DNA of 64,000 nucleotides from Candidatus Micrarchaeota archaeon (GTDB lineage Archaea > Micrarchaeota > Micrarchaeia > Anstonellales > Bilamarchaeaceae). The notes beneath the pieces are model-generated. The model made no database searches and was not told where the DNA came from. It saw nothing but the letters and a program-made list of their open reading frames with translations. This document shows positions 19,211-30,400 of the stretch, piece after piece (the first letter of the stretch is position 1; every line of letters starts with the position of its first letter). The position numbers and the translations under genes were made by a program. The stretch is taken from assembly GCA_043821365.1 (NCBI GenBank), contig JBDRCX010000006.1, forward strand, positions 416,001 to 480,000. The letters run 5' to 3'.

Positions 19211-21409
19211 TCAAAAACCATCAATCAAAATTCGTGGAGGTTTCTCAGCTCTAATCCCTATGCTTTCTCCCCATTTTCCAATGTCTTCATTTGGATTTGT
19301 TTCTCTCCATCTATAAAGTGCCATTGCACTTAAAGTTAAAGTAAGATTTTGAGGATCAACTCTTATTTTCTGTGCATTACCAAGCCCAAGTTTTTCTTGT
19401 AATTTGGCGATATCTCCTCCAAGTCTGGTGCTGCCACCAACTCTTTCATTTAAAAATTCCTGAACTGCTTTTGCATATACTCTTAATGTTCTGCTATTTG
19501 TTTCATCTGTCATCTGTGTAATTTCTCCTCGTTTAGTGAAACTTCTATATTTTACTAACATAAATCTTTTGAATTCAGGATCTGCACAAAGTTCGTTGAA
19601 AGAACCTGCAAATGCTTTTTTATTATCTTGTGCAGATACAGTCTCTCTCATTTCAATTATTCTTGCAGGATTTCTTGCTGTAATTGCAGCTATCATCTCA
19701 TCTGCTTTTGTTTGCACTGGTTCTTCCATTCTTTCTAGTGGAATTTCTATTCTTGGTCTTCTATCTGCTATTCCAAATGCAACTTGTGCTATTTGTCTTG
19801 CTATTTCTTCTTTTCCTGCTTTGTTTGGGTGTAAATGGTCTCCTGAATCAAATTCAGGTTTTAATCTTCTTCCCTGAGCAAGAATTGAAAGATCAATAAC
19901 AGTTACTCCATCCTCTCTTTTGGCCAAAAGCCATTTGTTATATTCATCTGTTTTTTGTTGATTTCTTTGCGACCATGTTCCATAACCTTCCCATGGTGTA
20001 ACAGTAAGAAGTACTACTCTCAGTCCTGCGCCTTTTGCCATTGCTATCATTTCATCAATGTTTCCTTGTATTTCGTTTAGTGGCCTACCACCAGCAATAT
20101 CATTTACTACCCCACCCTGTATGACGACTGTGTATCCCTTGTCTATTATGTCTCTTTTAAATCTTCTTTTCATTTGATAAGTTCCTTCTCCGGAATGCGC
20201 AGTTGTTTCAACTACTGCATCAGAAGTTTGCGATCGTAATAATTTTTGTAGTTCTTTACCAAGTATTCCATCTGCTGCAGATGAACTTCCTATTATGCCA
20301 ACATAAACTGCTGGTCTTCTTGGTGATGGTTGTGCTTCTTCGATGGCAACTGGTGTTCTCCAGATTGGTATATCATCTGATCTTTTTGCTCTTCCACTTG
20401 TTGGGTGAGTGAGGTACCATCTTCTCATATGCAGTTGTGCAGCCATTATAGTATCACTATCAATTGGTCTTTCCATTGCTGTTTTTCTTGCCAGCGGTCT
20501 TGCTTCTATTATTGCTCTTACCTTTTCCAATTGGGTTATCTCTTGTCTATAGTTCTGATCCATCCCACCGAAATTTGTCAAGTAATATCTAATATACAAA
20601 TCAGCAGCTTGCAATATTTTTGCATCTGTTCTTTTGTCTATTCTTTTTCCAGATTCAATATGTTGTAATAAATTCCCAAGCTCTGGGTGAGTCTCTGCTT
20701 CCTGTGCTGCTGCAGTTGTCAAATAAAGTTCAAATGCAGGTATTTTTCTCAATTCACTAAAAAGTGCTACAGTTATTTCTTTTTGCGCTGTTGTTCTTGC
20801 TGTTCCTCTTTGTCCTTTTGCCAAGACTTTGTCAATAGCTGTTCTGTTTGTAAATAAAGTAGTTGTTGCTGTTTCTCTATCTGATGAAGTTATTTGTTTT
20901 AATATAAATCTTTGATTGATTGTTGGGCCTCTTATTCTAGTTCGTGAACTTGCTGTTCTCACAGGTTCAGCTCGCCTTTCTGGTTCTGTTCTAGTTGGCT
21001 GGGCGTCTTCTATAACTGGTTCTATTCTTACAGGTGGTTTGTCCCGTACCTCTGGTTCTACTCTAGGTACTGAACGTTCCTCGATAGGTGGGGTAAATAC
21101 TCTTGGTTCTACTCTTACTGGCTTATCTTCTGGTACTACAACTGGCTCTGTTCTCACAGGTTCAGCTACTTTTATTTGTGCTTTAAGTTGTTGTGCTAAT
21201 GTTGTTGTTGCTCTTATTGCAACTATTTCTGATTTTTTATCAGAGTCACTTGAATATGCTTTGAAAGCCTCTCCTAATACTCTGCTTATTTTTGCTTTTA
21301 CTGCATCATCGCTTTCTTCCCTAGTTATTCTTGTTGATGATGTGTAAACTGTACCATCAGAAAATTTTATTATTATGGCATTAGTCCCATTCAATCTAGC
21401 TGTTGCCAT
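19211..21409 (-). CDS. 732-aa protein with Pro/Glu/Arg-rich linker and SGNH/GDSL hydrolase domain
   Basis: IIGSSSA (block I), HSGEG (II), GGVVND (III), DHLHP (V). Confidence 0.8.
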   Translation of the reverse strand: MATARLNGTNAIIIKFSDGTVYTSSTRITREESDDAVKAKISRVLGEAFKAYSSDSDKKSEIVAIRATTTLAQQLKAQIKVAEPVRTEPVVVPEDKPVRVEPRVFTPPIEERSVPRVEPEVRDKPPVRIEPVIEDAQPTRTEPERRAEPVRTASSRTRIRGPTINQRFILKQITSSDRETATTTLFTNRTAIDKVLAKGQRGTARTTAQKEITVALFSELRKIPAFELYLTTAAAQEAETHPELGNLLQHIESGKRIDKRTDAKILQAADLYIRYYLTNFGGMDQNYRQEITQLEKVRAIIEARPLARKTAMERPIDSDTIMAAQLHMRRWYLTHPTSGRAKRSDDIPIWRTPVAIEEAQPSPRRPAVYVGIIGSSSAADGILGKELQKLLRSQTSDAVVETTAHSGEGTYQMKRRFKRDIIDKGYTVVIQGGVVNDIAGGRPLNEIQGNIDEMIAMAKGAGLRVVLLTVTPWEGYGTWSQRNQQKTDEYNKWLLAKREDGVTVIDLSILAQGRRLKPEFDSGDHLHPNKAGKEEIARQIAQVAFGIADRRPRIEIPLERMEEPVQTKADEMIAAITARNPARIIEMRETVSAQDNKKAFAGSFNELCADPEFKRFMLVKYRSFTKRGEITQMTDETNSRTLRVYAKAVQEFLNERVGGSTRLGGDIAKLQEKLGLGNAQKIRVDPQNLTLTLSAMALYRWRETNPNEDIGKWGESIGIRAEKPPRILIDGF

Positions 21410-21413
21410 CTTA

Positions 21414-24400
21414 TCACTCCGCTCTCTGTCCTGCTCTTCTTGCAGCTGCTTTTATTCTACTTCCTAAAAATGCTGGAGACTTATCTTCATCCAATGTTAT
21501 CGTTAATTGTCCACCTTCAGCAAATGTGAGTTTTATTCCACCTCTTTCATAAAGTTGTTTATCCTGTGAAACTGTTTTTGCCCTCAATATCTCAGCATAA
21601 ATCTCCCTTGTAATTTCTCTAGTTGCATGTGCTAATGCGTCTGCATCTGAAACTCCAGGTGCTTTGTATCTCTGGATTAATGCAGCTATGTCTGGGTCTG
21701 CCTTTTGTCTTTCTGTTGAAGCTTCAATATCTTGTGCAATTTTAAGTCCTTCCATACTGTCCATGAAGCCTGTTAGTTCTTGATCACTTACTGTTGAGAC
21801 GTCTGTTCTTGGAGCTGCAGTTCTTACTGGTGTTAATGTTGCCCATTTTGGATAATGTCTTCTGAGTTCTTCCTCATCTCTTACTTGCTGGCTTGGTTTC
21901 TGTCCGCTTTGTTGTGCTCTATGTCTTCTAGCTGCTTCTGGAGTTCTTGGCACTCTCTCATTTGCCCTCATCAATTTTCTACTTTCAAACTGTCCCATTA
22001 AACTATCTAAATATGTTGTAAGTGCCTGTTGTTCTGTTGGAAGGCTGGATTTATTCAGTTCCAAATATCTGAGTACAGCAACTAAATTTATTCCATATCC
22101 AATATCTCTCTTCCCTTCAATCCAAGTCATGATCAAAGGATTTTTCTGAGCAAATGTTAACAGATCCCTGTGTTCAAGAATTTGTGGATCAATGTCACCG
22201 TAAGATGCTCGTAATATCCAACCTTCTCGTTGTGCTTCTGCCTTGAGGTTAAATGGAGGCAATTTTCCTCTTTCTCTTTCTGGTGTTCCATCAAATAATT
22301 GTTTTCTCTCTCTTGTTTTTGTTACAATCCACGTTGCAAATTCTGTAAGGTCACCATAAACTGCTTCGTTTGCATCAAGTGTTAAACTATCAAGAGCTCT
22401 TAGGGCATCTGGGTCACCTTTATAGAGTGTTAAGATTTCTCTTACTGTTGTTTCTAATGCAGGGTTTCTAGTCATTGCTTCTCTATCCAAATATCCAAGA
22501 ATAGCATTGTGTGACAATCCCCTTGTTTGCCCTTCTTGTTCTTCAGGTATTTCCAAAACCCAACCTTTTTCTCTTAAGAATACGTACATTCCTTCTTCTA
22601 AGGTTTGTTCGCCTTGCAATCCTGTTCTTATTCCAGCTATTACTCCTGGTTTTGATAATTCTATTATTGCATCTCTTGAATATACTACTGGTAGACTTCC
22701 GTTATGTACTAAATTCCAAAGAGCAACAAATGCATCCCTATCTTGATTTAGGAACATGTGGACTTTGTCACTGAATGCTCCTTCTGCGGTTGCACTAGTT
22801 GATAAACTTAAAAGGAATGATGCTTGCGTAACATCTCTTGGTGGTTTTTTACCACCTGAGGCCATCTCATTAAGTGATAGAAATTCTTCAACAACTACTG
22901 AAAGTTTTTTCTCATCAATTTCTGCTTTTAATCTTAGTCTTTCTATCACACCAGTTCCAGCCAACATGCTAGCTGCCATTTGTGCATTTCCGTATGGTAC
23001 TTTTCCACTTTTCATTAATGTCCACAATACATCGTAGACATCGGCATTTTGTGTGAAAACTTCAAACTCTCTTTGATGGTCAGTTACTCCACAATCATAA
23101 AGAAAGGAGCTTACTATTGCACTGCCAAAAGTGAAAGCATATCCTTTGTCAACCCAATCCCCTGTTTTTCTTAAGTCAACAAGATCCATCATCTCTAAAT
23201 CAATTCCAGTATCTCGTTTCTTTATTCTTGCTCTTCCTATAAGTTGATCATAGCTTATTCCCCATGGTTCTATTATTGCTCTTAGTTTTCCTTCATATTT
23301 TCTATCAGGATCATCGTTGCCATTTATTCTTGTAACATAATCATTTATGTCATCTATTTGTCCTGACATCTCTCTAACATCATCTAACACTCTGTCAACC
23401 ATGGCAGGGTGTATATACCCTCCCTCTCGTTGCATTGCTTCTTCTAAGTTTTGTGGTCTGCGTTCATCTCCTTTTGGATAAATATATGGGAGCATGTCTA
23501 CGAACATTCTAACATTTGGGTCTTTGATTATTGCCTTTGCATTGTCTTCTGATATGTCAACATCGAATTTTTCTTTTATCAGTCTTCTTCCTTCTGTAAT
23601 GGATTTTGTTTGGAATAAGCATTCTGATATTGTACCATAGGTCCATTCTATTGGCCCCTGCTCTGGATCACCTGTGATCTTTCTACCCCACCAATATTCC
23701 ATAAGTGCTACATCTGCTGCCCATAAGCCAAATTGAGCTACAACTAATGCTGTTCCCCATGCACGTTTTGACCCTTCAACTAATTCTCCTGATCGTATTG
23801 CATCTTCTCTGATTGCCATTCCTCTACGTCTGAGGGGACCCAATCTTCCTCCTCTGCCCCAACCTCTTACTGGTAAAATGTAATCTAATGCACTTATCAA
23901 TCCTGTTGGAACTCTTCCTTTGGCCCAATGCCAAGCATCAACACCTGCTGATCCATACTCTGGCACTGCTACTTCAGGGTTACTTCTATAATTTGTTAAT
24001 GCTTCAGCATATTTTCCTAGTGCATTAAAGTTGTCGCTAAATCCTCTCACTTCAGTTGCAAAATCAGCCAATTCACTGTCAATTCCTCTTATTTCTTCTA
24101 TTGCTTGTTCTACTTTTGTTCTTTGTTGTCTTGGATTTTTACTATTCCACTCTTCCAATGCTAGGTCAAGTTTTGCATCTGATAGTGCTTCCCTGTATGC
24201 TGCTTCTTTACGTCCTAGTGCTTCCATCACTGGTTCGCTTTTTAAAACACCAAGCAATATTTCATCTGCATTTCCACCTCTAGCAACTCTTTCAAGCACT
24301 CTTTGTTGTGCAACTTGTGCAGCTTGTGAATCTGCAGATAAATCTGCTATTGTTCTTTCAGTGTAGTATTGAAGTCCTCTTGCTTCTCCTTCAATAATAG

Positions 24401-27400
24401 GCTCTCTCATTTTTCCTTCAGTCAATAATCTTGCAAACATTTCTGCTTTTGCTGTTTCTCCAAATCTAGTTGCCAACATTCCTTCAGTTGCAACTAGTGG
24501 TTGGTTTCTAGCATCTTGTATCTGTTGAGTTGCTTCGTATATTGTTCTTTCTGCTCCTTCTAATCTTGTGTTATACCCTTCCAAAGTTTTCAATGGCTTT
24601 CTTATTGCTTTATCCCATGCAGTTCTTGCAGTTCCTAATGGAGCCACATCAATTCCTTGAGATCCAAGAGTTCCAAGATCTTCATGTACAGAACCCAATT
24701 CTCTCTGGATTCTTTGTAATGATTCTCCAATTCTTTGTGTTGTTCTAAGTAATTCTCTTGGACTTGTTCTTTGTAAGTTTGTCTCTCTTAAAAATGCAAT
24801 CTCATCTACCACAGTTCCAAGTCTTTCTTGTATATATCCTAGACTTGCATCAAGTGCTTCTATTCTTGCTATCTGGTTTGTTAGTTCTGCTGCACGGGGG
24901 TTTGTTGCATCCAATCCTCTAAGTTCTGTTCGCAATACCTCGATTTCACCATAGCTTTCACGCTCAGCTGTTAATGCACCATGCTGTTCAATTGCTGTTT
25001 CTACTGCTTTATCTGCCCCTCTCAAGTAACTTTCTCTTGGTGATGTTTCTGCACGTGCGAGTTTTGGTCTTAGTGTTTCTATCTGCCCCTCAACTTCCAC
25101 TCTTGTTCTTTGTGCACTAGCTTCTGCTGCTCGTGCTTGTTCAACCATCCTAATTACTGGGGCTTCTAATGTATCTAAAATAAGGCCAGTTTCTGTTTCT
25201 GTAAATAGTTTTCCTTCCTCTCTAACTCCTAATCTCCTATAATGTTCTTCCAATGTTGTTCCTGTTCTTCTTATTGTTTCTGCTGCAGTACCTTCTGAGC
25301 TTCTTATTGCTCTTTGAATGTCAACATTTCCTTCTGCTGCTTCTCTAAGTACGTTTCTAACATTCTCTCTAGCATACATCTTTTGCATGATTCTTGCCAA
25401 TTCTGTTCTTAAAGCTGATGGAACATCTCTGCTTGTTGATCTTTCGTAAAGTGTCCTGAATAATTCAACTACTCTCAAATTTGCTAGTTCAACTGCTTGT
25501 GCATCGGTAATATCCATTGTAACTCTTTCTGCAGATGGTCTGGCAGTGTCAAGTATTCTTTCAAGCCCCATGCTTGCTTCAGTTGCAAAATCTTGTGGTG
25601 CAGTTACTCCTTCTCTTGCTCTTACTTCTGCTTCTACTGCTCTTGCACTTCTTCCTTCTCTATAACCTCTATATGAATCAAGAACTCGTCCTGGCACATT
25701 CAACCTACTTCTTCCACCAGTTGGTGGTCTTACTTGGCCTCCACCATCTACAGGGCCTCCGCCTCCCGGTGGATCAGTACTTGCTCTTATTTGTGTTCTT
25801 GTAACTCCTTCTATTGGAGCTCCTCGTTCACCCATAGTCGGAGGCCTTCCCATCATTTGTATTGGTTCTCCACCAACTACTTGTAATTCATAAACTTCCA
25901 TTGCCTGAACTTCAACTTGTAAAATTTCTTTTGGAACAACTGCTTCCAAATCTGTAAGTGCTTTTCTAAATGCAGCTTCAGATGCAGGATTTAATCCTCT
26001 ATCATATGATAATCTTACAAAATCATTACTTACAAGTCTATCAACTATTCTTGCAACTTCTGGATTTTGCGATCGTATTTGTTCCAATCTTGCTGTTGCA
26101 AGTGCTTCTCCATGAACAAGGTCACCAACAAAATCACGTAGTGTAACTCCTCTTGTTGCAAGCCAATTTGCTGCTTCATATAATGGTCCTGTATTTCTTG
26201 GACCTGGTGTTGTCGGAGGTGGTCTTTCAAATCCTCTTATTGCTGCTCTCATTGCTTCTTCTGCTTGTAAAAATGTTACTGATGTGTCTGGTGCGCGAAG
26301 TGCTTCTGTCATTGCAGGATTTCTTGCTAAATCACCAAGAACAGTTCTAGCATGTTCTGGTATTCTAGCCATCATGCTTTCTTTTACAATTGGGTCAGCT
26401 CTTGTGTATGCTCTTAAAAATTCCAATAATTTTGCCGGGCTTCTTAACTCAGCAACTCTTGCAGCTTCAGGAACCCTTGTTGGTTCAATTTCAATTGCAG
26501 GTCTTTCTATTGCTGGTGCAAGTTCTTCTACAACTGCCTCAAGATCCACTGCTTTTGCTCTTGCAGTTTCAGCACTTCTTACTCTTGCTGCTCTATATCG
26601 TGCACCTCCCATATGCGCCCACGGGAAAAGTGCAACCATTCCAGTAAATACTGCTTCTTTGTACTGTCCACTTTGCCATGCTCTATAGGATTCATATCCC
26701 ATATACCCAGTCATTCCAATTCCAATTCCAACATTGGCCATAGTTATTGCTCTTGCTCTTCCTAACATTCTTGTTGCAGTGGCAAGCTGACCAAGTCTCT
26801 CTGCTTCTACTGCTCCTCTTCCAAGAGAACCAACCCAACTTCCAAGACCAACAGTTACAACTGTCAGTCCCATCATAGCCCAACTTGTTGCTGATACTGC
26901 TCCTTCAACATGGTATTCAGTATAAGCATGATCTGCCTGCTGTGCAAGTATCATCGGAATTCCAATTTCTGGTTGGAGTACTGTTACCCCTAATGCAACA
27001 ACTGTATAAGCTGCATTTCCTGCAAATCCAATTATCCCTGACCATTTTTCCATTTGTTCTACTATTACTTTAGCCTCTGCTAATTTTTGTTCTCCTAAAT
27101 CACTTTGTCCTGTTCTGTATGCTCCTGCAGCACTTAAACACGCCTCTCTTACTTGATCTTGCCTTCCTGCATAATCTTGATTAGCTATGCTTTGACTAGT
27201 GTTTCTTGCTGGAATGCTGAACATAGCTATATCTATCATTCTTGCTGCCTCAAGTCTCTTACCATGCATTTTTATTCTGTCAGTTCTTCCTGGAGTTTCA
27301 TCTCCAAATAATATTTCCCTCAGTGCCTGTTTGTGGATTAATAAATATTTGACATACTGATCATCTCTTCCAGCTACTATCTCTCTTCTTCTATCATTTA

Positions 27401-30400
27401 TAATATCTGAAAGTGTTTCATGTCCAAATGCTGATGCCATCATTTCAGCGTCAGAATCAATACTAACGGTTACAAAAATATCTGTTTCAGTTCCATATCT
27501 TTTCATTGCACTGATTCTCAGGTTTATTCCGTTGCTATATGCTAGCATTGCTCTTTCTCCATCTCCTATTACTATGAGGTCTAGTGCTTTTTGTAATTCA
27601 GCTTCACTTCTATCAAGGAGTCCTCTGGTTTCATATGTTGCTCCTTCAAACAAATCATCAAGAGGGCCTGAAGTTTGTGCAGCCATTGATCGGTATGCAG
27701 GACTAATCTTCAATTCGCCATTCACAGTTGCATAAGCAGTAACTAATCTCTCTTCTTTTCTAAAATCTGCCATGAGTGTGCGATAGTCTTCTAAGAGGCT
27801 TTCTTCAACTCCTCCTCGGTGTCTTACCTGCTCTATTCTTGCTACTAATTCTGCTCTTCTTCTTTCTAATACAAGTAATCTATCTCTAACTTGAGTTGGT
27901 ATAGTTGGTTCTACAGTTTGCGTTACTGTTTCTGCAGGTTTTATGAGTGTTGGTTTACCTACGGTTCTCCATCCACCGCCTGGCATATCAACTGTATCTA
28001 CGCTACTGTAGTCATATCTTGCAGGACTCACAACATCCTGCCTTCTCATCACTTGCCCATCTTGCCATACATAACCATGCACTTTTTTCACATGGGTTGG
28101 TGGTTCATCATACATTCCATAAACAGTTGAAGTTGCGACTTGTAATGCATCTAGTGATTCAACAAGTTGGTCATACGTTTGTGATCTTGATGTTGCTTGT
28201 ACCACTCTTCCAAATCTCAGATTGTATGCAGTTACTGCGGTGTTAAAACCCTCAATATTTCCCTGTCTTGCAGCTACTTCGATATCTCTTAAAATATCCT
28301 TCAATGGTCTTCCTGCTTCCAATAAAGGATCTCTTGGTTCTGCTCCCTCTCTTGTATCATATGCTCTTAGATCTGCCATATCCAAGTAAACTTTCTTTCC
28401 TGCTTGGTCTTCCCCAATTAAAATTTTTCCTGCAGCAGTTTGTTCATTTACGGCCCTCTCCCCTCTATAAACACCTAATATCTCTTGATATCCCTGCATA
28501 AGATTGTGGGTGTTTTCAACTAAAATAATTCCTTCAATAAGTTTATCTGCAGCAGTTCTGTGTTGTGTTGCAGTTATTGATATTGTTTCTAATCTAATTG
28601 CTTCAAGCATTTTTGCTCTACCGCTAACAATACCCGGAACTGTGCTTCTTGCAAAAATATCATATCTTCCGCCTTCTTTTCTTGCTTCTACTGCAGGCGT
28701 ATCTCCTTCTGCAGGAATTGCACGTATCTCAATTCCATAAAAATCAGCTACCTGTGACAAAAGTATTTTTGCACCTTCAAAATCTTTTCTTTCTGCTCTT
28801 TTTCTTGCAGTTTGAATTGCGAATGTTATATCTTCTCTTCCAAATTCTCTTGTTGATGCCAATCCTTCTAATCTTACGGATTCTCTTTGTATGTTTAGGC
28901 TGTATGCTCTATTGAAACTGTCCATAAAAACAGCTTCAATCTCAGTCCCATCAACTTGTTCTTCACCTGCAACAATGGCACCAAGTGCTCGTTCCATTCC
29001 ACGAACAACTGAAACATCTGATCTTGCTAATGAATGTATTTGTCCTCCTCTCCTTGTTGCAATTACCTCTACACCATCAATGTACATTGTAAGTAGCATA
29101 AGAACTTTTGCAGCTTGTTCTGCTTTTCCTTCTCTTGCAAGTCTCTCACCCTGAGCCAAACTGTCTCGAATAACTTTTCGTTGCATTACCATGCCAGACC
29201 CCCAGTCTGACAATAGTTCATTCAAGCGTCCAGAATCAACTTTGAAACTATGGTAAACTAAACTTGCATTGAATTCTTGTAATGCATTTCCACCACCAAT
29301 TTCAATAGCAAGAGCTGCTTCCATTTCTTTTGATCCATCCCATCTTCTGCCATTTGTTTGGATCATATCAATGTAAGTCTTAACCATGCTAAGCAATCTA
29401 CGTGCTCCAAGTGGGTCTGTTTCAAGTCTTTCTAATATTTTTTGTGCAGCTTCTCTTATTCTATCATTTTGTTCTCCTCTTTTTTCTGGTGGATAATCTG
29501 CAACTAATCGATCTGTTTCTGCTTTGATATTTCCAAATTGCAATTCTGCTGTCATTCTAGCAAGCATACCGGGGCTAGGTGTTCTCTTATTTCTTATGAT
29601 GTCCATCACTTCGCCATATGAGGTTGGAAGATATTCTCTAAGTCTGTCAAGTGATGTTTTATCCAACTGACCAACCATTATACAAAGTGCTGCAAGTGTT
29701 CTGTTATTATCATCAATTGCTCTTAGTGCCTGGAGACCAAACCATGCCGGAGTTCCTTCTTCTATTCTACTTTCACGTCCTGTTCCTCTTAGTACCTGCG
29801 CACTTTGTCTTAGAATTTCAATTCTCTCTCGGCCCATTGGCACATCAGTTCTTCCAGAAAGTGCAAAATAACCAGCAGTTAATCTGTTTATCTCATCATA
29901 GGTTGCAAGTGCTGTTGGATGTCTTGTTAATCTTTTTGTAAGTTCTTGTGTTTCATCTCTCCATCTATAATACTGATCCATTGCAGCAGCTGCACTTGCC
30001 TCTCTCATCTCTCTTGCTGGCACTAAAGATGCCACCATTCCTTCCAAATATACAAGTGTTTTCTCTCTCACCTGTCTCCTAATGTCAGCAAAATTATGTT
30101 CAAATTGTGCAAGTGTTCTTGTATCCTCTTGCTGTTGTTGTGCAGTATACTCTTCTCTTGCTTGTAATTGTGCCGCTTTGCTGGTTACGAATACAGTTGC
30201 GCTTCTAAATTCTTCAGCAGTTGCACTGTCATCAAAAATAAATATATCAAAATTTTGAGTAACTAATACAAATCCTTTCAATGTAGCTCTTGCTAACAAA
30301 TCCTGTTCTCCCCCAAGTTCAAGAATAGCAAGTTCAGCTGAATCTTGCAACATGGTAAATGTTTGTTCTGGTCCACTTGGCCCAATAAAATAGGTGTCTG

